A DNA stretch of 63,228 bases, counting the filler, from Octopus bimaculoides (Eukaryota), in NCBI RefSeq assembly GCF_001194135.2. It is 9 parts of 9 records of this genome, joined end to end, with 100 filler letters (N's around TTAATTAATTAA, not from the genome) between each part and the next. Parts side by side here need not be neighbours in the genome. Positions count along the whole stretch, not along the records: positions 50,937 to 54,441 come from NC_068982.1; positions 54,542 to 58,533 come from NC_068983.1; positions 58,634 to 62,121 come from NC_069003.1; positions 62,222 to 63,228 come from NW_026407469.1; 5 more parts are not named here. One strand, given 5' to 3'. The notes beneath the pieces were generated by a model. That model did not search any database, was not told the origin of the DNA, and worked only from the letters and a program-made list of their open reading frames with translations. Positions 51,551-62,955 of this stretch are shown in pieces; position 1 is the stretch's first letter, and every line of letters begins with the position of its first letter. A program made the translations under genes and the position numbers.

Positions 51551-52832
51551 TCAGGCCATCCCATAATTTCTGTCCGAATTTGGAATAAAGAAAACAAGTG
51601 AACAAATGTTATATTTAATTGAAATTTAATCGTCAATGTACTTTCCCTGATTATCTATGACTTCGTTCCATCTATTTACAAGCTTTTTAATCCCATCAAT
51701 GTAAAACTCCTTTGGTTCCAAAGCGAAGAACTCTGAAATGTCAGTTTCGACCACATCCTGACTTGCGAAAAGTTATGCCCCACAAATGATTCTGTAAACT
51801 ACGAAACAAATGGTAGTCTGAAGGAGCAAGGCCGGGAGAATAAGGTGGATGAGGAATTCTTTTCCAACCAAGTTCTTCGATCTTCTGTGGTGTGATCTTT
51901 GCAGCGTGGGGTCGTGCATTGTCCTGATGAAACATCACTCCTTTGCGATTCACTAAAGCGGGTTTTTTTTCATCAAAGCTTGGTTCAAAAGCTCTAATTA
52001 CTGACAGTAGACTTGGGCATTGATTGTTGCATTAGGTGGTAACAATTCAAAGTGAATTACTACTTTGCAATACCACCAGATAGAGAAAGAACCTTTTTTC
52101 CATGAAGTTCTCTTCTCGGTTGTGTTGAGATTTTTCCCTTTTAACCAAGCCACTGTTTACGATATTTAACATTTCGATAGAAGATCCATTTTTCGTCACC
52201 AGTCACAAGTCTATCCAAAAAGGGTGAAATGGGTTCGCGAGAATGGAAAGAAGAGCAGATGTCAACTCGGGATTTGCGGTTGCTTTCGGGCAATTCATGA
52301 GGCACCCATTTTCCAAATTTAGGAACCCTTCCAAGTTGTTGAAGAGGACAATGAACAGCTGTGTGGTTTGAATTAAGCTTTATTGCCAATTCTTCAACTA
52401 ATAATGCAGGATTTTCTTCACGTAATACCTGAAGGAGCTTACCATTAAACTTTACTGGACGTCCTGTTCAATCTTCATCTTCAAGGTTGAAATTTCCACT
52501 TCTGAATTTTGCAAACCATCTCCTGCAAGTTCTTTTATTCAAGCATTCTTTCCCATAGACTGAGTGCTTGTTTCAAGTCGCTTCAGCTGCAGAGTTTCCA
52601 TTTTTGTACTCATAAAGCATTATGTGCCTTAAATGCTCTTTAGATACTTCCATGTTAGAAAGGGTTTTAATCAAAGAAATTTTAATTCTATTATTCTGTA
52701 AAATAATATTAGTTTAAATGTACACAAATGCATAAAAATATTTTTTAATTTCATTAGACATTCTAAAATACTATTAAATTTCATTCAATTTTAAAAATGG
52801 TAAAATTGGACAGAACTTATGGGATGACCTGA
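51551..52832 (-). mobile_element. Full-length decayed mariner (Tc1/mariner, DD34D-type) transposon
   Basis: TIRs TCAGGCCATCCCATAATTTCTGTCC / GGACAGAACTTATGGGATGACCTGA, flanked by TA, 1282 bp. Minus-strand peptides include WVPHEL, LVTGDEKWIFY, HQDNARPH and HPPYSPGLAPSDYHLF, split by stops and frameshifts. Confidence 0.95.
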
Positions 52833-53054
52833 TATATTATGCGTGTGTATTTAGCTAGTGAGTTATAGATGTAGGAAAAGATAAAATAAAATTTTAAAAG
52901 ATAAAAATAACATACAAATAAAGGTAAAGTAAGAAGATATATAAAAAGTNNNNNNNNNNNNNNNNNNNNNNNNNNNNNNNNNNNNNNNNNNNNNNNNNNN
53001 NNNNNNNNNNNNNTGTGTGTGTGTGTGTGTTTGTGTGTGTGTATGTATGTATGT

Positions 53055-53480
53055 AGGTTTTAAGTATATATTATCATGCGTATAGTAGCATATTTAGACA
53101 AGCTCATATATATGTTTAAATGATAAACTTCTGGAAAGTTTTACAGATTTTTACAGTTCCAGTGGTGGATTGGATGTGTAGTCTTCGAATTAGCTTTCTC
53201 CTTTCTGGTTTTGAGAAGTCTAATTTCTCAATATTGGTATTTAGGCAGTGTTACATATCCCAGGGCCCCAATAATTACAGGTATAAACCTGAACTTGTAA
53301 TCAGGATAGAGTAACTGCAGATTTTTCAATAGTTCAACATAGGTGTTCTCTTTTTCACTGCTCTTCAGCTTACGTTAACATCCACTGGGCAGCTAATTTC
53401 CACAACTGTGCAGAGTTTTTCTCCTCTATCCCAAATCATTATATCAGGTCTGTTGGGCTTACATTTTATTGACGTCTTCA
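53055..53480 (-). mobile_element. (TACA)n-associated REL LINE fragment (family C)
   Basis: Minus strand gives KPNRPDIMIWDREEKLCTVVEISCP...LQLLYPDYKFRFIPVIIGALG (PD..E nuclease motif). Confidence 0.85.
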
Positions 53481-53497
53481 TGTATGTATGTATGTAT

Positions 53498-53832
53498 GAC
53501 ACCGTTGGTCACGAATGACCATGGTTGCAACTAAGAGGTTCCCCTCCGTGGTACAAGTCTGGGTGGAAAGTCACCTCTCCGGCGAACGCACAACCTAGGG
53601 TTGATTTTATGGAAGACCAGCAATCGCCCGTGCATACCAGGCTCCCCTCTCCACGCCACCGATGTTACCCAGGGGAAAGGCAAAGGCCTATAAAGCTTGG
53701 CACCAGTGACGTTGCAACTAATTTCTATAGCTGAGTGAACTGGACCAACGGAACACGCAGCCCGATCCGGGAATCGAACTAACTATCTCACGATCGTAAA
53801 TTCGATGTTCTAACCACAGAGCCATGCGCCTT
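53498..53832 (-). mobile_element. tRNA-derived SINE (further family)
   Basis: Minus-strand head ggcgcatggctctgtggttag...agttcgattcccgg with A and B boxes, embedded in (TATG)n. Confidence 0.7.
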
Positions 53833-54726
53833 CACATGTACGTATGTATGTATGGATGGATGGATGGATAGATGAATGGATGGGTATCACATTATTCGTA
53901 TATACGTTACTGCCGGTTTCATGTAACAGACTCTAAATGGTTCTTAAGAGAAAATCTGATATACATCGGTTCTGTCTTTGTAACAAGGGTGTCTTTCAAC
54001 ATGGTCACAAAGTGAAGTTGTGTGTGATATAAGAAAGTCCGAACTCAGTGAGGTATTTCATAGGAATTTCTAAATAATCCCCTATGTTCTTTCCTTGTAG
54101 TATGTATAAAAACATAATATGAAATATATCAAAACTGATCGCAAAATTGTCCTAAAATCTGCTTCTACAACGACTTTGTAAAGAAAGCATCTTTGGGTAT
54201 AGCCTTTTACCTTAAAACTGTAAATTTACCAAAACATAGACTTATATTTCGAATATGTATGTACGTATGTATGTATTTATGTATGTGTGGGTTTGTATGT
54301 TTGGGTCTGTGTGTGTATGTATGCATGTATATTTAATATGTGATTCCATTTATAGATATGCATGACTATATATAGATATGTATGGCTATATATATACGTA
54401 TTTGTGTATGTATGTATGTATATATATATATATATATATATNNNNNNNNNNNNNNNNNNNNNNNNNNNNNNNNNNNNNNNNNNNNTTAATTAATTAANNN
54501 NNNNNNNNNNNNNNNNNNNNNNNNNNNNNNNNNNNNNNNNNATATATATATATATATATATGTACATATATATATATATATGTACATATATATATATATA
54601 TATGCATTTACATATATACATATACATACATGCATATATATATGTATATACATATACATAAATATATATACATATAAATATATATATACATATACGTATA
54701 TAATAATATAAATAATATATATATCT

Positions 54727-55152
54727 AGGAGCAGGAGTGGCTGTGTGGTAAGTGGCTTGCTTACCAACCACATGGTCCTGGGTTCAGTCCCACTGTGTGG
54801 CACCTTGGGCAAGTGTCTTCTACTATAGCCTCGGTCCGATCAAAGCCTTGTTAGTGGATTTGGTAGACGAAAACTGGAAGAAGCCCGTCGTACATATATA
54901 TATATATGTGTGTGTTTGTGTGTGTGTGTGTGTGTTTGTGTGTGTGTATGTTTCTGTGTCTGTATCTGTCCCCCAACATCGCTTGACAACCGTTGCTGGT
55001 GTGTTTACGCCCCCGTAACTTAGCGGTTCCACAAAAGAGACCGATAGAATAAGAACTAGGCTAACAAAGAATAAGTTCTGGGGTCGATTTGCTCGACTGA
55101 AGGTGGTGCTCCAGCATGGGCGCAGTCAAATGACTGAAACAAGTAAAAGAGA
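54727..55152 (+). mobile_element. Composite tRNA-derived SINE family S3 with internal (TA)/(TG) microsatellite
   Basis: Head GGCTGTGTGG...GGTTCAGTCCC, then ccttgggcaagtg, microsatellite, and tail gaaacaagtaaaagag. Other copies at about 5925-6156 -, 8598-8735 +, 21243-21655 -, 24575-24834 +, 28430-28595 -, 29335-29665 -, 50628-50795 +, 57745-57880 +, 58634-58850 + and 61846-62121 -. Confidence 0.85.
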
Positions 55153-55263
55153 ATACACACATATACATAATTACAAACGACTTATAAAAGAACATATATA
55201 ATTCCCTTAGTAAGGATTGCCTATCTAATCGAGGCTGAAATTATAGTACATTACAACACTTGA

Positions 55264-55304
55264 GTACACCCGTTTCCGTCTTTAGTTCAGCCATCTTTAG
55301 GTAC
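55264..55304 (-). ncRNA. Degenerate hammerhead relic
   Basis: Minus strand reads GUAC CUAAAGA UGGCU GAACUA AAGACG GAAA CGGGU GUAC. G5 is mutated to A and position 17 is missing. Stem I GUAC/GUAC is intact. Confidence 0.35.
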
Positions 55305-56074
55305 GTGTACAGAAAAGACAAAGAAATATTTAAATATAAGGGAAACAAAAATGAAATTGCTTATTGTGTTATAACTTCATCTATAAAGAACACCGAATTC
55401 TTCTAATTGTAGTTCTGGCGTTTCCATGGATTTTCCAACTTAGTTCCAATGTTTTTAATCTGACATGAAATATATAATAAAATGAAGCATCAATTGTATA
55501 TATGCGAAAAAACAATTGTTGGTGCATACATACCTACATACTAACATACCTACATATACAAATCTACCTATCTACCACGCTAGCTATATGCATACATACA
55601 TCCAGACATACAGACAGACAGATAGACTGATACAAAGATACATAGAGAGATATAAACATGCATACACATATATCTATATATAAAAATGTATATACGCATA
55701 TATACTTATATAAACATAACCATACATATATCTATATATACACAGCTATGTACATAAACATATCTATGTTCGTATGTATGTATGTTTATGTAGTATAAAC
55801 TGAAGTTCGAACATGAGGCATAGGCAATGTTACTCTTTCTATCTTGTTTACACCAAAAGAAATTGTAAAGTCAAATTTGATTTGTGTTTTTGTAAAGTAC
55901 TTTATCAACTAATGTGTTATTTTCAATGCTCGTGTTAACCATTTTGCATTGTGTTTCTATTTATCTGTCTATCAATCTTATGTGTATATATTTATGTACA
56001 CATACATATAAATATATATATGTGTGTGTGTATACGTATATATGTATGCAAGTATACATACATATAATTATATA

Positions 56075-56154
<80 letters not shown>

Positions 56155-56211
56155 CATACATACATACATATATATATACATATATATATATATGTATATA
56201 TATCTACACAG

Positions 56212-56246
<35 letters not shown>

Positions 56247-56395
56247 TTATGTATGTATGTGTGCATGTATGTATGTATGTATGTATGTATATATATGTAT
56301 GTATGTAGGTAGGTATGTATTGTATGTACACGTATAAAGATATCACAGCAGTTTCGATCTGCAGAAGAGTAAATATGATTAGATAAGAAAGTAAG

Positions 56396-56449
<54 letters not shown>

Positions 56450-56944
56450 CAGACAGACAGTCAGACAGAAAGACAGATAGAGTGAGAGACGAACAGACAG
56501 ACTACTGTAGTGAAAATAATTGTATGGTTGAGCAGGAAAAAAAAATCGGTGTACAGAAATGACACGAGTGAATTCGTCTACCTGTGAGAATAATGCAAAT
56601 ACATTTTATATCAGTGTTTAAAGATCGATCGAGAATGTTAGGTGGATGGTAGGTGTAGTGATTGTCGTGAACATATTTTCTACACAAGAAAGATACGCGA
56701 AATCTACTATCGCCTTTTTTTATATGTCTCTTGGCTAGCAATTCTCTGCTACTAGTTGCGACGTAAGCCACTATAATAATCTGTGCATCGTTGAACTAAA
56801 GTTTAGCTGTTAAAGCGATGACATAAACGCGCATATATTACAGGAGAGTAACTTATTGCATACTCAGCGGGATAATAGACTTGTGAGATTAATTCAAAAG
56901 AGTGAAGGCTCTTTTAATTTTGTAAATAAAAGCCTGTGTATGTT

Positions 56945-57460
56945 TATACGGATACAGACTGTGTGTCGATAGCCAACTGGAAAAGATACTTTCCTGGAGC
57001 TTAAACAACTGTAACATCGTCCTTCATAGGATGGCCACATTCTGTTGGTAAATAACCTTTAATATTCGGTACTGTTACTGTATATCTCTCGCTAAGAGAC
57101 TTAAAACAAGTTGTTTTTTCTCTACACGAGATCAGCAACTGTGTGTCGCTTAAAGAATATATAGTGTTTACGAGTGGAGAAAGCTTTCATCAACAGCTGA
57201 GGACAGGTAACCATCCAGAAACCATGGTCTGTGAGTATCACGGTAAGCTGGAGATGTGAGCGATGACCTCTATACGGACTATACGGACACAGACTGTGTC
57301 GACAGCAAGCTGAAAAAGATGTTTTCTTAGGGCTTCAACAACAAACAGTAACACTGTTCTTTATAGGACCGCCACATTCTGTTGGCAAATAAACTTTACT
57401 ATTTGATACTGCTATCGCATATATCTCGCTGAGAGATTTGAAACAAATTGTTTTTCTCTA
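56945..57460 (+). repeat. 1.5-unit tandem repeat (period ~336 bp) with a hammerhead motif in the spacer
   Basis: 56945-57124 and 57280-57460 align end to end (tatacgga.acagactgtgt...gccacattctgttgg...tctcgct.agaga...ttttctcta). The copies are visibly diverged. Confidence 0.7.
57191..57236 (+). ncRNA. Partly decayed minimal type I hammerhead motif between direct repeats
   Basis: CAACAG CUGAGGA CAGGU AACC AUCCA GAAA C CAUG GUC UGUGAG. Intact core boxes, palindromic CCAUGG stem III loop and GUC triplet. Stems I and II are imperfect. Confidence 0.6.
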
Positions 57461-58482
57461 TCATAAAAATTGTATAACATTAAATATTCCTATTTAGGCT
57501 TAACATACTCCCAAACTATTTGCAAAGTTTTATTTAGGGCAATATGCAATTGCTGAAAGTTACTTAAAGGTAATGATAAAATATCTAACCATGGAGGTGC
57601 AACTGTTTGAATTGTAGCTGAGATACCTCTGTATATTTGGTTACGTCTTTAAACCAGGCAATAACCAAAGATAAGAAGCATGATGACGGATGCAGTTAAA
57701 GTAAGCCTTCGACCATGGCGACATCATTTCGCGTGTGTGTGTGTGTGGTAATATGATTGCTTCCTAACGACATGGTTCCGAGTTCAGTCCCACTGCGTGA
57801 CATCTTGCACAAGTGTCTTTTACCATGGCCTCGGAACAAAGCCACGTGGGACTAAACACGGAAGCTTGTAGTTGGGAAGGAAGCTTCTTGCTACACACAC
57901 TCACATATGAATGTGTAAATATATCCGTATGTTTCTTTGTGTATGAATCATTGCACATTTCATCAACTGGTACCATCCTGCGACATGTTTTAGCTACTTG
58001 ATCTAGGCAACTATATAATCACGTGGAGACGGACAGACCCACTCTTCCGACGCAAGACTTGACGAGCAGAACATTAAGGATGTGAGGGGGAAATAGAAGA
58101 GAGAAAGGGTTACAGCACCATTTAGGTGTCACACCTTACACAGGACTAGCTTTGATAAACGTGAAATACAGCACCTTCACGCACACGCACATACATACGC
58201 CCTTACGTACACATATACACTCTCACGCACGTACACAGTCGTACGCAAATGTATATATGTGTGTGTGTATATGTATGCATATATGTATCTGTGTACGAAT
58301 CTATATCTATGCATTATATAGCTAAAAATACNNNNNNNNNNTATATCTATGCATTATATAGCTAAAAATACATACACACATATCCACTCAAAACAAACAT
58401 ATACACACAGACAAGTATCTATGTATGTATGTACATGCATAGCCACATATGCATACATATATACATACATATATAGATATAT

Positions 58483-58533
<51 letters not shown>

Positions 58534-58918
58534 NNNNNNNNNNNNNNNNNNNNNNNNNNNNNNNNNNNNNNNNNNNNTTAATTAATTAANNNNNNNNNNN
58601 NNNNNNNNNNNNNNNNNNNNNNNNNNNNNNNNNGTGTGTGTTTATGTATCTATGTTTGTCCCCCTAGCATTGCTTAACAAACGATGCTGGTGTGTTTATG
58701 TCCCCGTCACCTAGCGGTTCGGCAAAAGAGCCGATAGAATAAGTACTAGGCTTACAAGGAATAAGTCCCGGGGTCGATTTGCTTGACTAAAGGTGGTGCT
58801 CCAGCATGGCCGCAGTCAAATGACTGAAACAAGTAAAAGAGTAAAAGAGTATATGTGTATTGTACCTGTGTATATGGCTGTGTAGTGTGTTCTTTCTATG
58901 TATGTATGTATGTATGTA

Positions 58919-59133
58919 TACACGCAAGAGATGCTGAAAAGTTCCTGGCTCTGGGTTAAAGAAAATACGCGAGAGTCAATTATGATTTATTTTTTCTTCA
59001 ATATATCGCCCTCTCAGATTCGTTCACTTATTGCAGCGGTCCTTCAGTTTTTCTAAGCCCTGTAAAAGAACTCGGAAGGTTTGGCCTCCAGCCAGGCCTT
59101 TCGCGTGACCCTTGAAGCCAGCACCCTCTCGTA
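58919..59133. mobile_element. Mariner-derived MITE
   Basis: Left end gagatgctgaaaagttcctggct, right end gaagccagcaccctctcgta, in TA-rich microsatellite. Confidence 0.65.
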
Positions 59134-59314
59134 TGTATGTATGTATGTATGTATGTATGTATGTATGTATGTATGTATGTATGTATACATATATTGGACA
59201 GAATTGTAAAATCGACACCGCTTACCAGATCATCGCAGAAAACGCAGATGTATGTTTGTTGAGAAAAACAACACTATGAAATTATAGTTCTTAAATCTGG
59301 CAGAATGAAGCGAG

Positions 59315-59385
59315 GGGATACGTTGGTGTAATGGCAGAATACTTGTCGCGAAAACATCGAGGTCTGGGTTCGAGTCCCACGCGTG
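59315..59385 (+). pseudogene. tRNA-like sequence (tRNA pseudogene or SINE head)
   Basis: A box TGGTGTAATGG at 59324 and B box GGTTCGAGTCC at 59367. I could not build a convincing acceptor or anticodon stem. Confidence 0.45.
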
Positions 59386-59949
59386 TGGAAAACCTTACTT
59401 TTTTTTCCCCCCCGTCGAGGGCTTATATGCCCCAATATTAAACTATCTTATTTAGTCGATACACGGTAATCACTTACAAACTTTAAGCTTATAAAATATT
59501 ATTATTATTATAACATATTATCATTATGAAATATCATATATATAATCATTAATATGGTTAGGAGATCTCTTATGTAGAAAGATGTTTAAGAACATCCAGT
59601 TGTTCAATCGACTGAACAATCTACTCACTGAATTTGCATATTGTTGCCTGAGGACACCATAGACGTGTATACGCAATTCTTGGGTAGAACCAGCGTGACA
59701 TGACATGACGCGGCATGTTATGACACAGGATAATACCGTGTAATACAATGTGATAGACATGAGACTTAGGATTGAACCAGCAGTATGGCACCTAGGCACC
59801 GAATTTTACCATAGTTTCTGTTTGTCCCACAACTTGCCAATGTGTGTTTGTGAGTGCACGCCCGTTTGTGTGTGTGTTTTATGTGTCCCAAATGTTTCTG
59901 TAGCTATATTTTATGAATCTACCTGTCTATATACATACATACATACATA

Positions 59950-60645
59950 CATTGGGGCCCTGGATTATGTAACACACTGCCTAAATAGGCTTCTTAAAAC
60001 CAGAAAGGAGAAGGATAATTCGAAGACTACCGATCTAATCCATCACTGGAACTAAAAGTCTGTAAAACTTTCCAGAAGTTTATTATTTAGATATATATGA
60101 GAATGTCTAGATATGCAACTATATGTATGAGAATAGATACATAAAACATACAAATCTGCACATACATACATACATACATACATACATACATACATACATA
60201 CATACATACATTGGGGCCCTGGGATATGTAACACACTGCCTAAATACCAATCTTGAGAAATTAGGCTTCTTAAAACCAGAAAGGAGAAGGCTAATTCGAA
60301 GACTACAGATCCAATACATAACTGGAACTGTAGAAATCTGTAAAACTTTTCAGAAGTTTATTATTTAGATATATATGAGCATGTCTAGATATGCAACTAT
60401 ATGCATGAGAATACATACATAAAGCATGCAAATCTGCACATACATACATACATACATACATACATACATACATACATACGTACATGCATACATACATATA
60501 TACATACATCATACATACATACACGTAAACAAAAATATCCCTGCTGTTGGTGTTGAAATTCCAATGAAGTAGCTTTGGATCTAGGTTAGAAACCGGTTCT
60601 TTCTCTATTGGCAAGAAATCTTGAAATAAACTGAATAATGACATA
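59950..60645 (+). mobile_element. Tandem family-C REL LINE 3' ends in (TACA)n
   Basis: Two copies both start at attggggccctgg (59950 and 60208). A terminal segment at 60536-60645 matches the reverse complement of 38815-38935. Confidence 0.8.
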
Positions 60646-60875
60646 CATGCATGCAAAAATATGCAGCACGGAATTTTGTCAGTGAACAGATCGCGGTTTC
60701 GAAGCGGCGAAAATATTTTGACAAATTAGATTTAAATGTTGAAGTGTATCTAACGGTTTTGTCCCCCCCCCCCATCAACGGGGCTTATAAACACCTTCCA
60801 CGTGGCAATTGATTTTTGTTTCGGCACACGATCTCAGATCAAGGCAGTTGCTATGCAAGTACATCTCCACAATAA

Positions 60876-61087
60876 TGGCGAGCTGGCAGAAACGTTAGCA
60901 CGCCGGGCGAAATGTTTAGCGGTATTTCGTCTGTCTTTATGTTCTGAGTTCAAATTCCGCCGAGATCGACTTTGCCTTTCATCCTTTCGGGATCGATAAA
61001 TTAAGTAGCAGTTGCGTACTGGGGTTTATTTAATCGACTGACCCCCTCCCCAAAAATTTCGGACCATGTGCCTCGAGTAGAAAAGAA
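60876..61087 (+). mobile_element. tRNA-derived SINE family S2 (central GCCTTTCATCCTTTCGGGGTCGATAAA...AGTACC domain)
   Basis: Representative copy. Others at about 1526-1715 +, 10322-10536 -, 23040-23235 -, 27200-27393 -, 27983-28196 +, 30613-30775 +, 43318-43525 -, 47895-48105 +, 48994-49206 + and 49228-49365 +. Confidence 0.85.
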
Positions 61088-62856
61088 TAAAATATACTTA
61101 CGGTCAGTGGTAGCTAGAATTCCGGTTCGCAGATAAACAAACTCGTCGCATTAACACACAAACACACACACACGCACATGCACACATAATTCTTCTTCTT
61201 CTTCTTCTTCTTCTTCTTCTTCTTCTTCTTCTTCTTCTTCTTCTTCTTCTTCTTCTTCTTCTTCTTCTTCTTCTTCTTCTTCTTCTTCTCCTCCTCCTCC
61301 TCCTTCTTCCTCCCCCTTTTCAACCTCCTCTCCTCTCTGTTTCGATGTTATCACATATAATCAGCTCACTCTTCACTGCCCATGTTTTCTCTCTCTCTAT
61401 CTCACCTCCCCCTCTCTCTCTTTCTCTTCATATCTGTTGACGTTCTCTTCAACACTGCAGGCATCATGCCTGTTCGTGCTCAATCACATTGTCCCTCTTC
61501 TTATCCGCTGGGTTTGTCTTAAAATTTCTTTTTCTTTCCTATCTCAGTTCTGTTCTCATTTCTTACATAAATCACCTCATTTCTTGTTGCTTCAAGTCTT
61601 CAGTTTCTCTCCATAGTAAAACATTCTTTAAATGTGAAGTGAGGATAAAATTTGAAGCGCAAAAGTTGCAGAAATGTAAAAAGGAAAACGAAAAACGCTT
61701 AAAGTCAGAATAAAAATTATAGTTCAAAGTATTTAGCGAAGTGTAAAAATATGAAGTTAATCGATAACAACCATCCTTTCTCAATTCCTCCCAGCTGTCC
61801 CGTGAAAATAAAAGTGTTTACCTTGTGAAAAGCGAAGGAGTTATTCTTTTACTCTTTTACTCTTTTACTTGTTTCAGTCATTTGACTGTGGCCATGCTGG
61901 AGCAACGCCTTTAGTCGAGTAAATCGACCCCAGGACTTATTCTTTGGATGCCTAGTACTTATTCTATCGGTCTCTTTTTGCCGAACCGCTAAGTTACGGG
62001 GACGTAAACACACCAGCATCGGTTGTCAAGCGATGTTGGGGGGACAAACACAGACACACATACACACAAACATATATATATATATATATACATATATACA
62101 ACGGGCTTCTTTCAGTTTCCGNNNNNNNNNNNNNNNNNNNNNNNNNNNNNNNNNNNNNNNNNNNNTTAATTAATTAANNNNNNNNNNNNNNNNNNNNNNN
62201 NNNNNNNNNNNNNNNNNNNNNTATACATACATCCAATTAAGCATACATAGATGCATATTTATATATTTTTTCGAAAAAATAGCAAAAAAATAAATAAATA
62301 AATAAATTAAAAAAAAAACATATATGTACCCAAAAATCTATACAAACACATCTAGTTTCATACAGAAACATGAATATATATACACACACTCTCCCACAGA
62401 TACACGTGTATATATAAACACTTATACACGTACCATTATACATACATATATATTTTTTATGTATTTGTTGTTACATGAATTTATATGGATACTCATCTGA
62501 AGGTAATTCAAATATAAGTGAATGAGATGTTAAATAAATGAAAATTAATTAATGAATTAAAGAATAATAAAGTTAATGGGTTGTCCATTAATTCACATGA
62601 AATGATTACTTTATTATTATATGCTAGAAAAGTTGGGCTGAATTAGGGGTTTAAAGAGTAAATCTTGCTTAAGAAGACAAAGTCAAAATTATAAATAAGG
62701 TTTACTACAGTAATTCCGTAACATATTTGTTTTATCAAATTAATCCTTCTAAAGTATCCTTCTATATGACAACATATAGAAAGGACAGTATATATTATTA
62801 TTTTTAATTTTTAATATTTCTAATGTTTTAATATTATATATATGTACTAATGGTTC

Positions 62857-62955
62857 TTAATGCATCTCTGAAGAGCGGAATTACTGATAATAAGATGATC
62901 TTTAGATCACTTTGTGATTGTAGTAATATCCGCGAAACGATAATAAGATATTTAA
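62857..62955 (+). ncRNA. Type I hammerhead motif with long branched stem II
   Basis: AUCU CUGAAGA GCGGA AUUACUG...UGAUC UUUA GAUCA...UAGUAAU A UCCGC GAAA CGAUA AUA|AGAU. Perfect GCGGA/UCCGC plus 7 further pairs, stem I AUCU/AGAU and UUAA/UUAA. There is a C15.2/A16.2 mismatch. Confidence 0.6.

Noticed and set aside
53369-53472. Apparent phase-1 exon after ctcttcag| (YVNIHWAANFHNC...)
   Set aside because: It is the antisense of the family-C REL endonuclease (NRPDIMIWD), and it hits a stop at 53470.
53988-54052. Possible exon (R)CLSTWSQSEVVCDIRKSELSE
   Set aside because: Weak AAG acceptor, phase 1-0, and no match to the gene's Cys pattern.
59640-59690. CUGAGGA plus ACAC/GUGU hairpin
   Set aside because: No GAAA box or cleavage triplet.
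61461-61522. Possible terminal exon (S)IMPVRAQSHCPSSYPLGLS*
   Set aside because: The acceptor strength comes from a CT microsatellite, and the peptide has no domain similarity.
9364-62177. Eight identical TTAATTAATTAA 12-mers, superficially like a dispersed repeat array
   Set aside because: Always embedded in N runs (N44-12-N44 = 100 bp where counted), with stops in six frames. This is a scaffolding spacer.
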